A DNA stretch of 64,000 bases, taken from contig OZ361258.1 of the NCBI GenBank assembly GCA_977018835.1, positions 1,922,001 through 1,986,000 of the forward strand, in the 5' to 3' direction. Position numbers and translations under genes: made by a program. A model generated the notes under the pieces. That model was not told where the DNA came from, did not search any database, and saw nothing but the letters and a program-made list of their open reading frames with translations. Position 1 is the first letter of the stretch. Each line of letters opens with the position of its first letter. Below are positions 35,531-47,294 of this stretch, piece by piece. The stretch comes from Minutocellus sp. GHC0000111 (lineage: Eukaryota).

Positions 35531-38015
35531 TTACAAGCTGCCATTTTCTCTCAGTATCGCCGGCATCCAAGAGCTAACATCATTTGCCGATACACCGAAG
35601 TTTGTCTTAGCTTTCTTATTATTTCTTGCAGATTTCTTGTTGCTGCCTGGGCTTCTGCGCTTCTTTCCGGCGTAAACGACAACGTCGTCAGCATCGTCGC
35701 ATTGACATTCAGCCCGAGTGTGGCCAAGCTGCTTGCATTTCTGACACTGCTGGTCAATCTTCTTCTTGCGGCCAGGCTTTGCTGGTTTCGCCTTACCAGC
35801 AGCTAGGGACCTGTACTTCTTGTACACATAGTCCTTGTCGTCTTTCTCGCTTCTGTTTCGCAAGGCTGCTCGAAGGCGCTTGCTGTCGCTCTTGCTCTTT
35901 TTGTACTCATCGGTGCGCTTACGCGCAAGGTCGCCCTCGAGCTTCCGGTCAATTGCATCGAATCCATCTTTTCGGGTAGGAGAATCCCTCGATCCCAACT
36001 TTCCAAGAACTCGCTCATTGAATTCCGTACCCAGTGACTTGTGGCCAGCGGCTCTACTTGTTGCATTTGGGTAGGCGTCTGAAGCAGTCAAATTCGGCCT
36101 TTTCCCCATCGTGAACTTCGTCACCATCCCGTTGAGCTGTTCGACGCCGGTGGTAGATTCCTTCTTGCAGTTGGAGTCGGCAGCATTCTTGTTGATTCTC
36201 TTGGTTATTTCAAGCGTCATCTTGCAAATCGTGTCGTCACTAATCTCCAATATGTCGCCATCGAATTGATTCCCCGAGCTCCATTCCTCATCGAGCTTGC
36301 CATCACTCCAATCAGGATGAGCAATGCTGAGGCGAATCCAATCACACGTGTTGGTGGTGCAAAAAGTGTGAATGCCACATTGGTGACGAACGACGGACTG
36401 GAGTTCTTTCTGAAGGAGGGCCAGATGACTTTGTTTTTCCTCCTCGGACACAGCACCATCGGGCTGATCGAGAACGCTGTGCTTGTACCGATCAGTAATC
36501 TTCGAAATGTCCTGTTTCATCCGATTGATGCGTGGTCGGGGGATGGCATTAAAATTTTCAACTCCCAACATTCTCGGCAAAGCTCAACACCAGAAGCCAA
36601 CTCATCACCTACTATGTCTTCCTGAGCGGCTGCTGCCCTAGTAATGCCTTTGCTATCGCCATCAGCAACGTGCTTCTCAACGAAAAGAGGACACGCCTGC
36701 ACGCTTCCTTCATCGTCGACCAGAAGATTCCGTCCAACATTCTCGGCCAGATGCTCCTCTGCCACACCGGGGGAGTAGGAAGAGTTGCGATAGCAGAAGC
36801 CATCATGGTCGTACAGGGCCAGTATCTCATCCTTGCTCATGTTTTTGAGCTCACTCGGCGTTATTGGATTGCCGGCTTCCCGCCTCTCCCTCAATCTTGC
36901 ATTGCAGGCTCTCACGCAACAGTGGCAGCTTGCCTGAGAGATTCTCTTGTCAACAACAAGGCCAGTTTCCTTGTCTACGGCAAACACCGCTGCAGCAGAG
37001 CCAGTGTAGCAATGGCCGTAGTCGCGTTTGAGGGCGCTGCCGTCTTGGGCCACCGTAACCACCGCCGCCGTGTGCATCTCGCCGCCTTGTTCAAACTCAA
37101 CAGTCTTGCTGCTAGCGGCATGTGCTTTTGCCCTATTCTCGTCAATGATTTCATCAGCTGCTTCAATAGCCGCTGCTCTGCATTTCTTTTCCACCTGTCG
37201 GGCATTCTTTTCGGTCGGATGGACGATGTCGGCCTTCGTGCAGAAATTCATGAAGCGACTTGCGCACATGGCCTCATCTTCCGCTGCCTCCATCAGCTCC
37301 AAGTTCATTCCAGCCTGACTTCTAGAATGCTTTCTGCCGGGGCACACACAACTTCTGACCTCTGGCCGATCCAAGTGCAAAAAGAAAAAGGTTGGTTGCA
37401 TCTATCGCATCGCCATTCAAATGTGACGCCGAATCCACGCCGAACTGGCTCGGCCGAGAGATGCAGATTGCCGCACGATCGGTGGAGATTCTGTACGAAA
37501 TCATGCAGCTGCTTCATCTCAACCACAATTCTTTTGCCGTTGAGCTGCACGCCGGTGATGTTGGGACGATCGGTAGCGTTGGCGGTGGGAGTAGATGACC
37601 GACCGCCCGAAGAATTCTTGTCGGAACAACACTTCAGTGTCGCGTTGAGATGGGGCCCATGCTTTTCATCGTCCTGGAAGCAATTTTCAGGCATGGTCGG
37701 CAGTGATCGCTTGCCATTGCGTTGAGAGCGTGGGCTGGCGTTATCGGCCATTCTGGAGAAGCGGTAGAAGGGCTTTGCAACGTCAAGGCCTGATATTTTC
37801 TCTGGACGTCGTCGTTGGACATTGACCTCGTGTCGTGTTGGGACGCGTTGAAGAGATGATCGAACAAGAGAGATCTCTAAGCTCGGCGATGCGCCACCGC
37901 GCATCAAGATGCGGACAAGCTCATCAATAGTGTAGTAAGTACATCTGACTTCGTCTGGGAATGAGAGCAAGAGTGAGAGGATTGCCTCCTTGGCGTTAGC
38001 ACGTGATGTTTCCAT
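35531..38015 (-). pseudogene. Kolobok DDE transposase, broken into three frames
   Basis: VAQDGSALKR..GH..G (D1), SCHCC...H..C..N...S...E, VADGDSK (D2), HQCGIH..C, TTGVEQLN (E), and a C-terminal CQKCKQLGHTRAEC knuckle. Frameshifts near 37345 and 36580. Confidence 0.85.
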
Positions 38016-38725
38016 GGTTGTTTTTTTGGTTTGTGTCGGTTCTGGCGCAAGATGCGCTTTTCGATGAGAGCCTTACAAAAAGAACCCCAAATGAGGGAGA
38101 CGTGCAAAAATACCCCAAACAAATATCCCCTTACCTCCCAACAGCAAAACTTCAAGATATCTTCCCACCAGCACCACCAATGCTGGTCATGCGTCGGCCG
38201 AGACTAATTTCGGTCGATCCGACGATGATGTGTGCGTCGACCATTGTGTTTCTGAGGGAGAGTTGATTCATCGAAGTTCCTCTGAACCAAGTGTTCCTGG
38301 AGGGATTTCCGACTTAATGCTGAAAGGAACGTCGATGACTCTTCGCCACTGTGGAGAGCGGCGGCCTTCGATGAGGAGCCCATTGTCACGTTGGAGTGCT
38401 AACTTTGGCGATGGTGCGAAGAAAAAACGGCACAAAACACGCATTTTGGGGGCTTCCTAAAAGTTATGGACAGCGCCCTCTTAATTCCTTCATTTCGTCT
38501 CTTCCGGGCGACGAGCAGACCATTCTTAGTGCAGTCAAGCGAGCCTTTGGAACAAAAAGCCCTTCGCCGCTCGGCCAACGCAACGGCAGCAGCAGCTCTG
38601 ACTTTGCGCCTCGAGAGATGATGTCAAAATCGAGAACACATCCATCATCCCATACATCATGCAGGCAGTAACAATTTGATTCAACCAACACCAAACTATA
38701 TCTATTCGCAATTCCTTTCTCACGC

Positions 38726-40353
38726 ATGCGTCGACTTCCATTGACAATTCTCCTCCCCTTCGCCTTGACGATGGCAGCAGCTGCTGCCGCCAGCTCGACG
38801 TCACCTTCATCCATCGAAGAAACAGCTCAAATCTACAAAGAAATCTTTGCATCCTACCACGTCTTTCCACCTCTGACGTCCAACTCATCGATATGGCAGG
38901 ATTCCAACTATGAGGCTGCCAAATTGAGACCCATTCAAGTCATTATGGGCACCGTTTTTACGTCCATTGATGAAATTTCCCCTGGAGATAGCCGCTTTAC
39001 CGTGTCATCACGAACCCTCATGTATTGGAAGACCAAAGATTGTAATCAGACGAATGTCCATCAACTTGCCTGTGAAGCCCACGTCGATAATGGTCATGGG
39101 TTCAAATTCCTCATGGCCGAAAACAGCGTCGACAACAAAATGACCCTCTTTTCCTTTCCCGGCATCCATAGCGAAGAGTTTGCCAGGAGGGGACTCGAAG
39201 ATCTGCAGCCTGACGCGGACATATCCATGGGCAATCAAGTCACCATCAAGCAAACCTTTGACGAACGATACTTTCCCTTCGAATATCACGAACTAGAAAT
39301 CAGCTACCAGTCCGTGTATACAACGAATGTCGTTCAACTTGCACTACTACCAGACATTGATCCTGGCATGCTTGAACCCGAAGTGCCCCCCGGTTGGAAG
39401 TTGCATGGCATCACATGCGGGGCTGGTGTCTCCAACGAGGGCCGTGCCATGCGCCAGATTACCGGTGCTGATCTAACCTACTCGACACTTCGTTGCACAA
39501 TCGCCGTCTCTCGAACCAATCCAGGGTGGTGGATAACTTCATTTCTACTATTTGCGTGCCTCCTTGTGATTGCCTTTCTTGGTTCGCTGGGAATTCTCTC
39601 CAAGTATGTGGCCGAGGCTCGCGACGATAAGGATGAGGTCAGGCAAGCTATATTCAATGGCACGCGGCTTGAAGGAAAATTTACCATCGGCTTATTACTG
39701 GTAAGTGCGAATTTGCCGTTTGATATATGAGTGTTGTGATCTGCATTAGACATTGACTAATACCGTTATCACTTTAAATTTGATATTAACAGGTATATGT
39801 CTTCCAAGTGGAAATATCACCCTACGGGCAGCCGGTTGAGTTCTGGCCAACGATTCCGACGTCGACCATGATATACTGCCTTGGTTTAGTTGCCATCATG
39901 GCACAATCTGCCGCCGGCCTTCTGTGCAGTCTTTTCTTCTCACGGCCTCTTTTGGTTGATGGCTTCGTAGGCTCTTTGATGGGACCCTACGATTTCAACC
40001 TCGTACCAAAGGAAGGCGAAGTCCCAGAGGAAGACGCCCCACTCTTGGTGGATTCTGCTAGTGCCTCGCTAACCAGCCAAAAGGAAGATGGTGCAGGGGA
40101 GGGTGTAGACGATGAGACGCCAATAGGTCCTGACAAGGCATTCTCTTCGCCTGGGGAGCGGATTGCACGGGCTCGCAAGCGTAATCAAAAGACATACAAT
40201 GTACTCAGTATTGAGGAGGCTCGGATCATCAACAAATTTGCTCGCAATACCTTCCTCTTCAAGGTCTTTCTGATCACCCTTGTAGCGCTAGTTGCCTTTT
40301 GTCTCCTTGTTATTGCCAGAGTGAGGTTTGATGATATGGTGAACAGTAGCTAA
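38726..40353 (+). CDS. Cys-less pentameric ligand-gated ion channel-like protein, 2 exons
   Basis: Signal peptide, beta-rich ectodomain with FDERYFPFEYHELEI (Pro-loop) and PGWKL, pre-M1 IAVSR, and four TM segments. GT-AG intron 39701-39792 joins in frame. Confidence 0.75.
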
Positions 40354-40720
40354 GCTGGTTTTATAAATCATTTGCATACTATTCAGGCGAATTCCATTAA
40401 GAAAGTAAATTATTTATAAAATGCCCATGAATACATTAATTTGATACGCCTCAAGTCAGTGGCATTTCAGGTGCGGTGGGGAGCTCCAAATGGCCCCGAT
40501 TGCCTCCCTCGCCAACATAATACGAGTCCAAATTCATCCACAGAGCATTGCATCGATCCTGACATTCTCTCAGGTAGATCGATCGCTGTTCCCTGTCATC
40601 GTCCTGCTCGAAGCTCATGTCTGCAGTGATAGCACACTTGGAAAGGCAGACAATTCCACCGGCCTGCGAAACATAAACGAAAATTGAATAAAAAGTGATG
40701 GACATAGATGGGTAAGAATC

Positions 40721-42506
40721 AAATGTATAGATAAATAGAATATTCGAATTCTGCAAGTTCAAGGTTGCGGCATGTCTCATTCACCAGACGTACAGTTCTT
40801 GGCCCGGTTGTTGCGTCGCACTAAGTAATAAGAGAAAGAATAGTACAGAAACGACGATTAGATGAAGTGTCAGCGACGTTTTGTCAAATGAGTGGAACAA
40901 TTAGCATGCTGATACAAGGCGAAGGATGCGACCTTCAAGGCTCACCCAATGCATTCCGTCGGGAGATATGCGCCCTCGTTTATCTTCTACGCATGTCTGA
41001 ATAGTCTCGGGGTGGTTGGGAGTACGAGTGCCGGCACATGCCATAGCGGTAAGATGTGGGCAGTACCTCGTCCCCGTGAATGCGTGACGCTTGCTCAGAC
41101 CCTCGCAGGACACTTGGTGTTTGAATGCCATCTCGGGTGGGATGTTCATGGTCTCTGCATTGGCCAAAACCAGAGCGTCGGTCAACTTCTCCCAATCCAT
41201 AAGCAAAACGTTTTGCACGCCTCGGTTGGAATAGTAGGGATTTTATAGTTTGCGACGAATTGGCGCAAGACCTCATTGTCCTTTCGAAGCGATTCGAACC
41301 CGTCCATCTTGAGCGCATTGTTATTGATGGCCGAGGTGGCAAAGATGACGGTGTGGGGGTTGACCATACGGCGAGACACCTCCAGGACACGATAGTAGTC
41401 GTCTTCGACAATGTTGCCGAGCTTGCCAGTCTTGGCCATCCTATGCAACAATATGCAGGAAGGAGCAAGTGAGAAGTGAGATATGAACTTGAGGTTTGAC
41501 ATCATAGACACATCTGAATGAGTATTTATACAGCTGTACTCGCTGTCAGCTATGTCTCACCATGGCCATGGCGTTCGATATATGAGAACATCAACGTCGC
41601 CATATTCACGCTTTAGTGAATCAAACATGGTCGGATCCCACTTGACAAAGTCTTCGTGCGTACGATCGATCTCGTCTCCGTGCCAAAGGTGTAGGACACG
41701 GCCAAAGGCAACGTATCCTCCACCGCGGTCCTCGGGGACTGGTATCACGAACAAACAGTGGAAAGTTGAGATGTGAGAAAGGATTGTAAACATATTTCTT
41801 CAAATCGCTGCTTTCGTCGATCCCAGCTGAAAATCCCGCGCTCCTTTCATCGATCCCAGCCGATGATTCGTTGAACATACATACCTTCGTTGACCTATAT
41901 TTTGTCCTGCGTCTTGCCTTCCAAGTTGCTCTCTGAGGCAAAGTGAATTCTGTCGCCGATCGACATTTGATCCATCCCGGCATCTCGATGGGCGTTGGCC
42001 AAGAACAGGGCCATATTTTCACCGACACTGTCGCCGACGATGAGCACATTCAACCCATTGTAATCCACCATGGTATGAAAGTTGTTATTGAGAGCAAACT
42101 TGGAGTTGGGAGGTACCGGCACCGGCTTGGTCGGTTCGATCCAATCGTCGTGCCTGGGGCTGTAATGCGCCTCGCATTGCTTGCCCTGCGTGTTGGGAAA
42201 GGGATTGTACTGTAAATGCGACGACAAATAGTTGGAGTGCAATTTGCGTCCCGGTTCAATCGTCTCGACCTTGAGTGATCGGAGGGTGCCGCCATGCTTT
42301 GTAGTTGCCGATGGGTCATTCTGCAAATTCTGTGAAGTGTTGGGGCTACTTTTGGAGTAGGACTCGTTGATACCCAGGACCGCTGCGCCGCACAGCAGTA
42401 GTGCCGCAGTGGCCTGCAGCGCCACGCGGCTACGTCTCCGACCGGCCATAATCGCTGCGGCTGAACTGGTAGGGTCCATCGTCGTTGTCTTGGAGGAGGT
42501 CTCCAT
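40721..42506 (-). pseudogene. Type II membrane SGNH/PC-esterase (TBL-like) protein, multiply disrupted
   Basis: N-terminal TM helix, VLIVGDSV, RGGGYVA, and a C-terminal DGMHW-C DxxH motif. In-frame TAG at 41895-41897, no canonical AG acceptor near 41760, and a frameshift near 41220. Confidence 0.65.
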
Positions 42507-42834
42507 TGTTGCAGTATGATGTCCGATGGCGTGACTTTGGATGACCGCCAGACATTTGTACTCGACTCGCTCGACTGTGATGGCAGCAAACCTAACCCAG
42601 CAAACCTCCCCGAAAGGGAGAAAAAGAGAAGCAGCAGCAGCAGGATACCTGAGAGAGAGGCGTTACCAGAAGATTTGCCGGTAGTAGAGGACAAGCTGGA
42701 TTATGTGTACAATGTGCACAAATAAATGATACCAAATTTATCTAGCTTACCACCAGAACAGAGAATGGTACCGGTGCTACGGTAGATCTAGATCTAGCTA
42801 CGTAGTACGTGTGTGTAGTGTCCAAAGGAAGATC

Positions 42835-44380
42835 TCAAAGAGAGTTCTCTCTTGATTTTGAGCAATCCGCGTGAGCTTTCAATAAATCCTCCACCCAATC
42901 CGCACCGATCAATCTGCAAATCTCCTCCACCCCATGGTCACAGTCGCCCTCCAAAAACATGTCTCTCCCGCTGCAGGTATCATCGCCTTCTTCGTGTCCA
43001 TTCATCGTTCTCATCAGCTCGTCTCGCACAAAATCCCCCACCAATTCTCGATTCAGCAACAGCCGCGGCACATTTCGTCCAACCCAAGACGGCATGGCAG
43101 CGACGGGGTTGACCAGCAAACTGGTACCCTGTACAATGAGTAGATCGCTTTTTTCCATGTCATCCTCGACCAACTCCTGGAATCGTCGCGGCAATTCTTC
43201 ACCAAAGAACACAATGTCCGGTTTGGACAAGCTGCCGCATTGCGGACATTGATGTGGCACACCGGCAAGATACGAATCTCGACACTCAGCAACATCATCG
43301 GACGTAAATTGGCACGATATGCACGAGAAGGAACGGAAATGCCCGTGGCATTCCACGAGCTTATCGTCAGACATTCCCGCCAAGCTCTCCAGTCCATCGA
43401 TGTCTGCACAATGCACCCCGTTGAGGCGAATGGAGAAAAAGACGTGAGCCTGCAATCAAACCTAAACACAACAAAGAACAAACAAATCTGAATCAGTCAA
43501 TGCAATTTTGCCGCTCTTGCCCACACAAATTGCACTCACTCTGCGTATACACCCTTCGTAGCATGCCCTTGTCCTCCAACACCTTCAAAAACGCATGCGT
43601 CCTCGATGGCCTGGGACCCTCTTCCTGACCCGGCCAAATCTCCTTGGCCAGCGTCGCAGATGCCTGCGGTTCTCTCTTAAAATAGTCCAACTCAAATATT
43701 GCCTCGGGATACGGTAGATTGTATTCCTCCAATTTGGAATACAATCCGGTGCCGGGCGTACGAAAGTCGGGTATGCCGCACGAGGTCGACACGCCGGCAC
43801 CGTTGACTACGACAATGTTTTGGTAGACATTGTGGGTGAGGTTGGTGATGACTTGGTCGAGGAGACGGCGGTGCTTTGGTTGGATCCGAATGGAGGGCTT
43901 CGCTGGTGCTGCATCGTTTCTTGAGTCGTCGTTATCGGCATCATCGTCACTTGATGAGGCAGACGAGGTAGATCTCGAGGCTAGCAGCAGGCATCGTGGG
44001 CCAGATCGACATGCGTGTGGCACATTCACATAAGACGGTGGGAGTGACTTGTGACGACAACGAAAACTCCGAGGAGTTGCCGTAGATGCAGATGCAGAAA
44101 GGAGGGCCGAAACCGAAGTTGACGACCTGGGCCGAACCTGACCGACGCCAGCCGTACTTGTTGTGCGTGCATGCAGCAAACGGTCGGAGAAACCCATCAG
44201 CACGCGCGTGCCGGCGCCTCCGCTGCTGGTGGTACCGCTGGAAGTGCTAGCGGCCGCGAGTCCTACGAGGGCGGACAAATACCTCCTGGAAGGCTGCGAC
44301 GGCATGGTTCTTGCGCAGCTCTTGGTGCTTCGCCGGTGGCCGCGCGGCACTTTCGTGGTTCCCCCGGCAAGGGATGGCAT
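42835..44380 (-). CDS. Class I sirtuin (SIRT2/3-like NAD-dependent deacylase), 2 exons
   Basis: GAGVSTSCGIPDFRTPGTGLY; YTQN|IDGLE across intron 43539-43404; ECHG, CxxC..CxxC, KPDIVFFGE, GTSLLV, NRE. Long R/S-rich transit-like N-terminus. Confidence 0.92.
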
Positions 44381-44630
44381 CACTTGCAGCTACTTGCCCC
44401 CCCGGCCTCGCCCGGCTGCCGCTCGTCCGAAAACAGAACAAAAGCGTTGATGAGGGGTTGTGCTAAATTAAAATAATGGCTGCTAGGGAGTGAAAGTTTT
44501 GAAGCAGCAGGACGGAACCCTGCCAGCACGAATGTCGTCGAGGAACCTCTGGCACGCACCACCTTTCTTGCTCACCTTGACTGTCCCACCACCAGGTGTG
44601 TCTCCGCTTCGGCCCCTGCCACCTCGAGCG

Positions 44631-45121
44631 CTACAACGAGGAAGTCCTGGAGAAGCTGAAGGCACTTGTGGAAGAGCTGGGGATGTGAAGAGGGACGAGA
44701 GCTCTCTCCTCGACCTTTGGATTGGATGCCCTCTCCTCAGCCTTGAACTGCGCCGTCTGTTGGGCCTCATGTCCCTTGACGCCCTGAGTCCGACGATCTT
44801 CCTTAACGCCCTCTTGGTGGGCTCGCTCTACAAACGATTCGTCGAGCCAATAGATGCCGCCCCATCCATTCTTCACTAGCCAAATGTGTTTTGGTCCAAG
44901 ATGTGATCTTCGAGCAAGTGCCACTTGGGCGTCATGCTAATGCCGATTGCCCGTGCTTGCTTGAGGGCACTTGCAATCAATGCTTCAAGCTCTCTCACAG
45001 CCTTCTTTGCCTCATCATCCCATTTCATGTACCATTTCAGAAACCTGGAACACATTGCGTCAAGAGTGTGGAGCAAATTAGAGCAAGCTTTGCAGAGCTC
45101 TTTGATGTCGTCATCCGTCAT
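44631..45121 (-). mobile_element. C-terminal fragment of a Transib/RAG1/Chapaev-like DDE transposase
   Basis: ISMTPKWHLLEDH is followed, after a frameshift, by GGIYWLDESFVERAHQ. The sequence is TpA-poor and has no intact ORF. Confidence 0.55.
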
Positions 45122-45313
45122 GCCATCTTCCTCGCGATTGTGCTCTAGGAGAGTTCCTTTGGTGGAGGTGTCATGGTGGATGAACGAACTCTATTGTCCT
45201 TGGTTTCTTCTTGTTGTTGCCATCAGAAATATTAATAGATAAAGCTCTCCAGCATTCTGCCGCCAGCACTGCCCTTGTTTTACCTGAGTCGGCCGCCTCA
45301 ATGCCGGCCTTTT

Positions 45314-46086
45314 TCAGGAAGTGGAAGTGAGGGGCATCGTCATCCTCTCGGCATCATCGACGACAGCTCCCATCTCTGGCTCACCATCACCGTGCTTCTG
45401 ACGACTCTTCTCAAAGCACTGCTGCATGCATGCTTCATGTGCAGCGTCCTCTCTTGCAACATCAGCTTCGTCCTCACAACAGGGCACACAGTCCTCGTCT
45501 TCGTCGTCTTCGTCGTCATCGTCCTCACTGATCTCGCCGGCCTCCGTCGTGGTCAGGGTGCCCACCGTCCCAACGTCGTCGTCATTGTCCCACCCCCATC
45601 GTCCTGGCCATTGCACCCACCAGGGAGCTTCTGGGCCTCGAGCAACATCTGCCTGTTGATTTCGCAGTCCATCGCCGCATGACATCCCACCGACACATGT
45701 GGTGCGACCGACTTGAGGAATGCATTACATGCCTTCGTCAAATTGAGCCGCGGCGGCGGTGTTTCGAGGCGAAATTGTTGCTCGACCGTGACCATGTCGA
45801 AAGCCATCCATCCATCATCATGGAGAGCGTCGGCTGCACGAGGATTGACAGAGCCGAGGCGAACAAATGTGCTCATTTTGTGTGGGGTTCGCTGAACGTC
45901 GTCGGCAAGGCAGTGTCTTGATACCATTTCATCCCATCCATTCTGGTTGTCTGTCCTCACAAAAAACACATCGTCGTGCCGCCGCACGCAGTCTTCTTCG
46001 TGTTTCTTCTTCTTCAAACCCAAGATGCCCGCAGTGCACATGACGGCGCCGTACATGATGGGACTGCATCCCAACACATTCATCAA
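45314..46086 (-). pseudogene. Hypermutated ORF relic, unknown family
   Basis: Two overlapping frames with 1 Tyr in total and excess Cys/His (DEDCVPCCED, HEACMQQCFEK). No TpA in 45283-45725. Confidence 0.55.
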
Positions 46087-46772
46087 GGAGTCGTTGTTGT
46101 TGCCGATGAAATTGTAGTAATGAAGTTCCTTTCTGCGAAGACGGACGAGTAGTTCAGCCAGGGCGTCCTGCGCACCGCAACTCTGTGTCTGCGGTGTTGA
46201 CCGCGGGATTGCGGCTGTTATTTTTTTTGCTCATGGAGAATCATGGATCGAGACCAACGGGAATATCACCAGGATGTCGGGAGCACCTGGTTGGTGGTCT
46301 CGTGCCGTAATTCTCCCACACCAGCGCGAGATGTCGCCTTCGTTCTGCACGTAGCGGCGGCAATTTGAATTTTTGCCGCCATGGTGGCTCGCGTTGGGCG
46401 CGCCGGTCGGTTGCTTCGCGCGCCGGCCGGCCACCGAAAGTGCGACCAAAAGTATGCGAGTCATCCGGCTGGCAGATGGTGCTGTGGGAGTGGCAGTATT
46501 CTTCAACCTCTGCCCCTTCTTCTTCTTTTTTTTCTTCTTCTTCTTCAAAAAGCGCAGTTTTACGCTTGCTGCCGATGAGAGCAGCGGCACATGTAGCCGG
46601 TGAGGTAGCCAGGGCGGCGGCGGCGGATGCAGTGGCAGCGGCGGAAGCAAAGGCACAGGGGGCCTCTTCCTCTGACTTGTTGCTTGGTGCCACAGAAGGA
46701 TGTGCCGACGAAGGCACAGCGGGAGAATCTGAAGCGATCTTCTTGCGGGGACCGTGCTCACACAGATGTAAT

Positions 46773-47294
46773 TTACGAGATCAGACAAGGGGGGAGACTA
46801 GCAGCACGGTCGACGAGGGCAGAGAGTGTTCGGCAAGATTGTGTTTGCAACAATCGATCGGCATTGGCTTGGTACTCCTTTTTGTGGACGGTGGCGAGGT
46901 GATGAGTGCCATTGGAAGATTGGTTGTTGTGGAGGGAAAATACGCAGTTCTCGAGGCGCTTCGTGGGGTCCTTGAAGCAGGTGGCACAAATGTAGAGGAA
47001 GGCTCCTTTCTGAGTCATCGCGGCTTTCAGCTTCTTGTGGAGGACGGTGCCATCTTTGTCCACATCAAAGTCGTCGTGGAAGTCATGCTTGCACAGTGTT
47101 GGTTTTTCGTCTCGCGCAAGGCTGGTCGAGAGCCCCGTCACCCTCGTGTTCTTGAGATTTAGGGTGATGTGCTGCTGAATGCAGTGCTTGCATCGGTCAG
47201 GCAGGTCCTGGCGGAGCGTGCCAAATTCCTTGCGATGCCAAAGCAGCATTGTCTTGCCTTTGGCAGGATTGGAAGCCATGCTGCCCTGCTGCAA
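46773..47294 (-). mobile_element. BED zinc-finger fragment, probable hAT transposase N-terminus relic
   Basis: YICATC...SSNGTHHLATVH fits the aromatic-x-CxxC...HLxxxH pattern. Confidence 0.6.

Larger units (their letters stand above)
34089..38480. mobile_element. Kolobok-superfamily DNA transposon (4392 bp)
   Basis: 17-bp perfect TIRs GAGGGCGCTGTCCATAA. TTAA on both sides (34085-34088 and 38481-38484). Convergent KolX-like and transposase ORFs. Confidence 0.9.
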
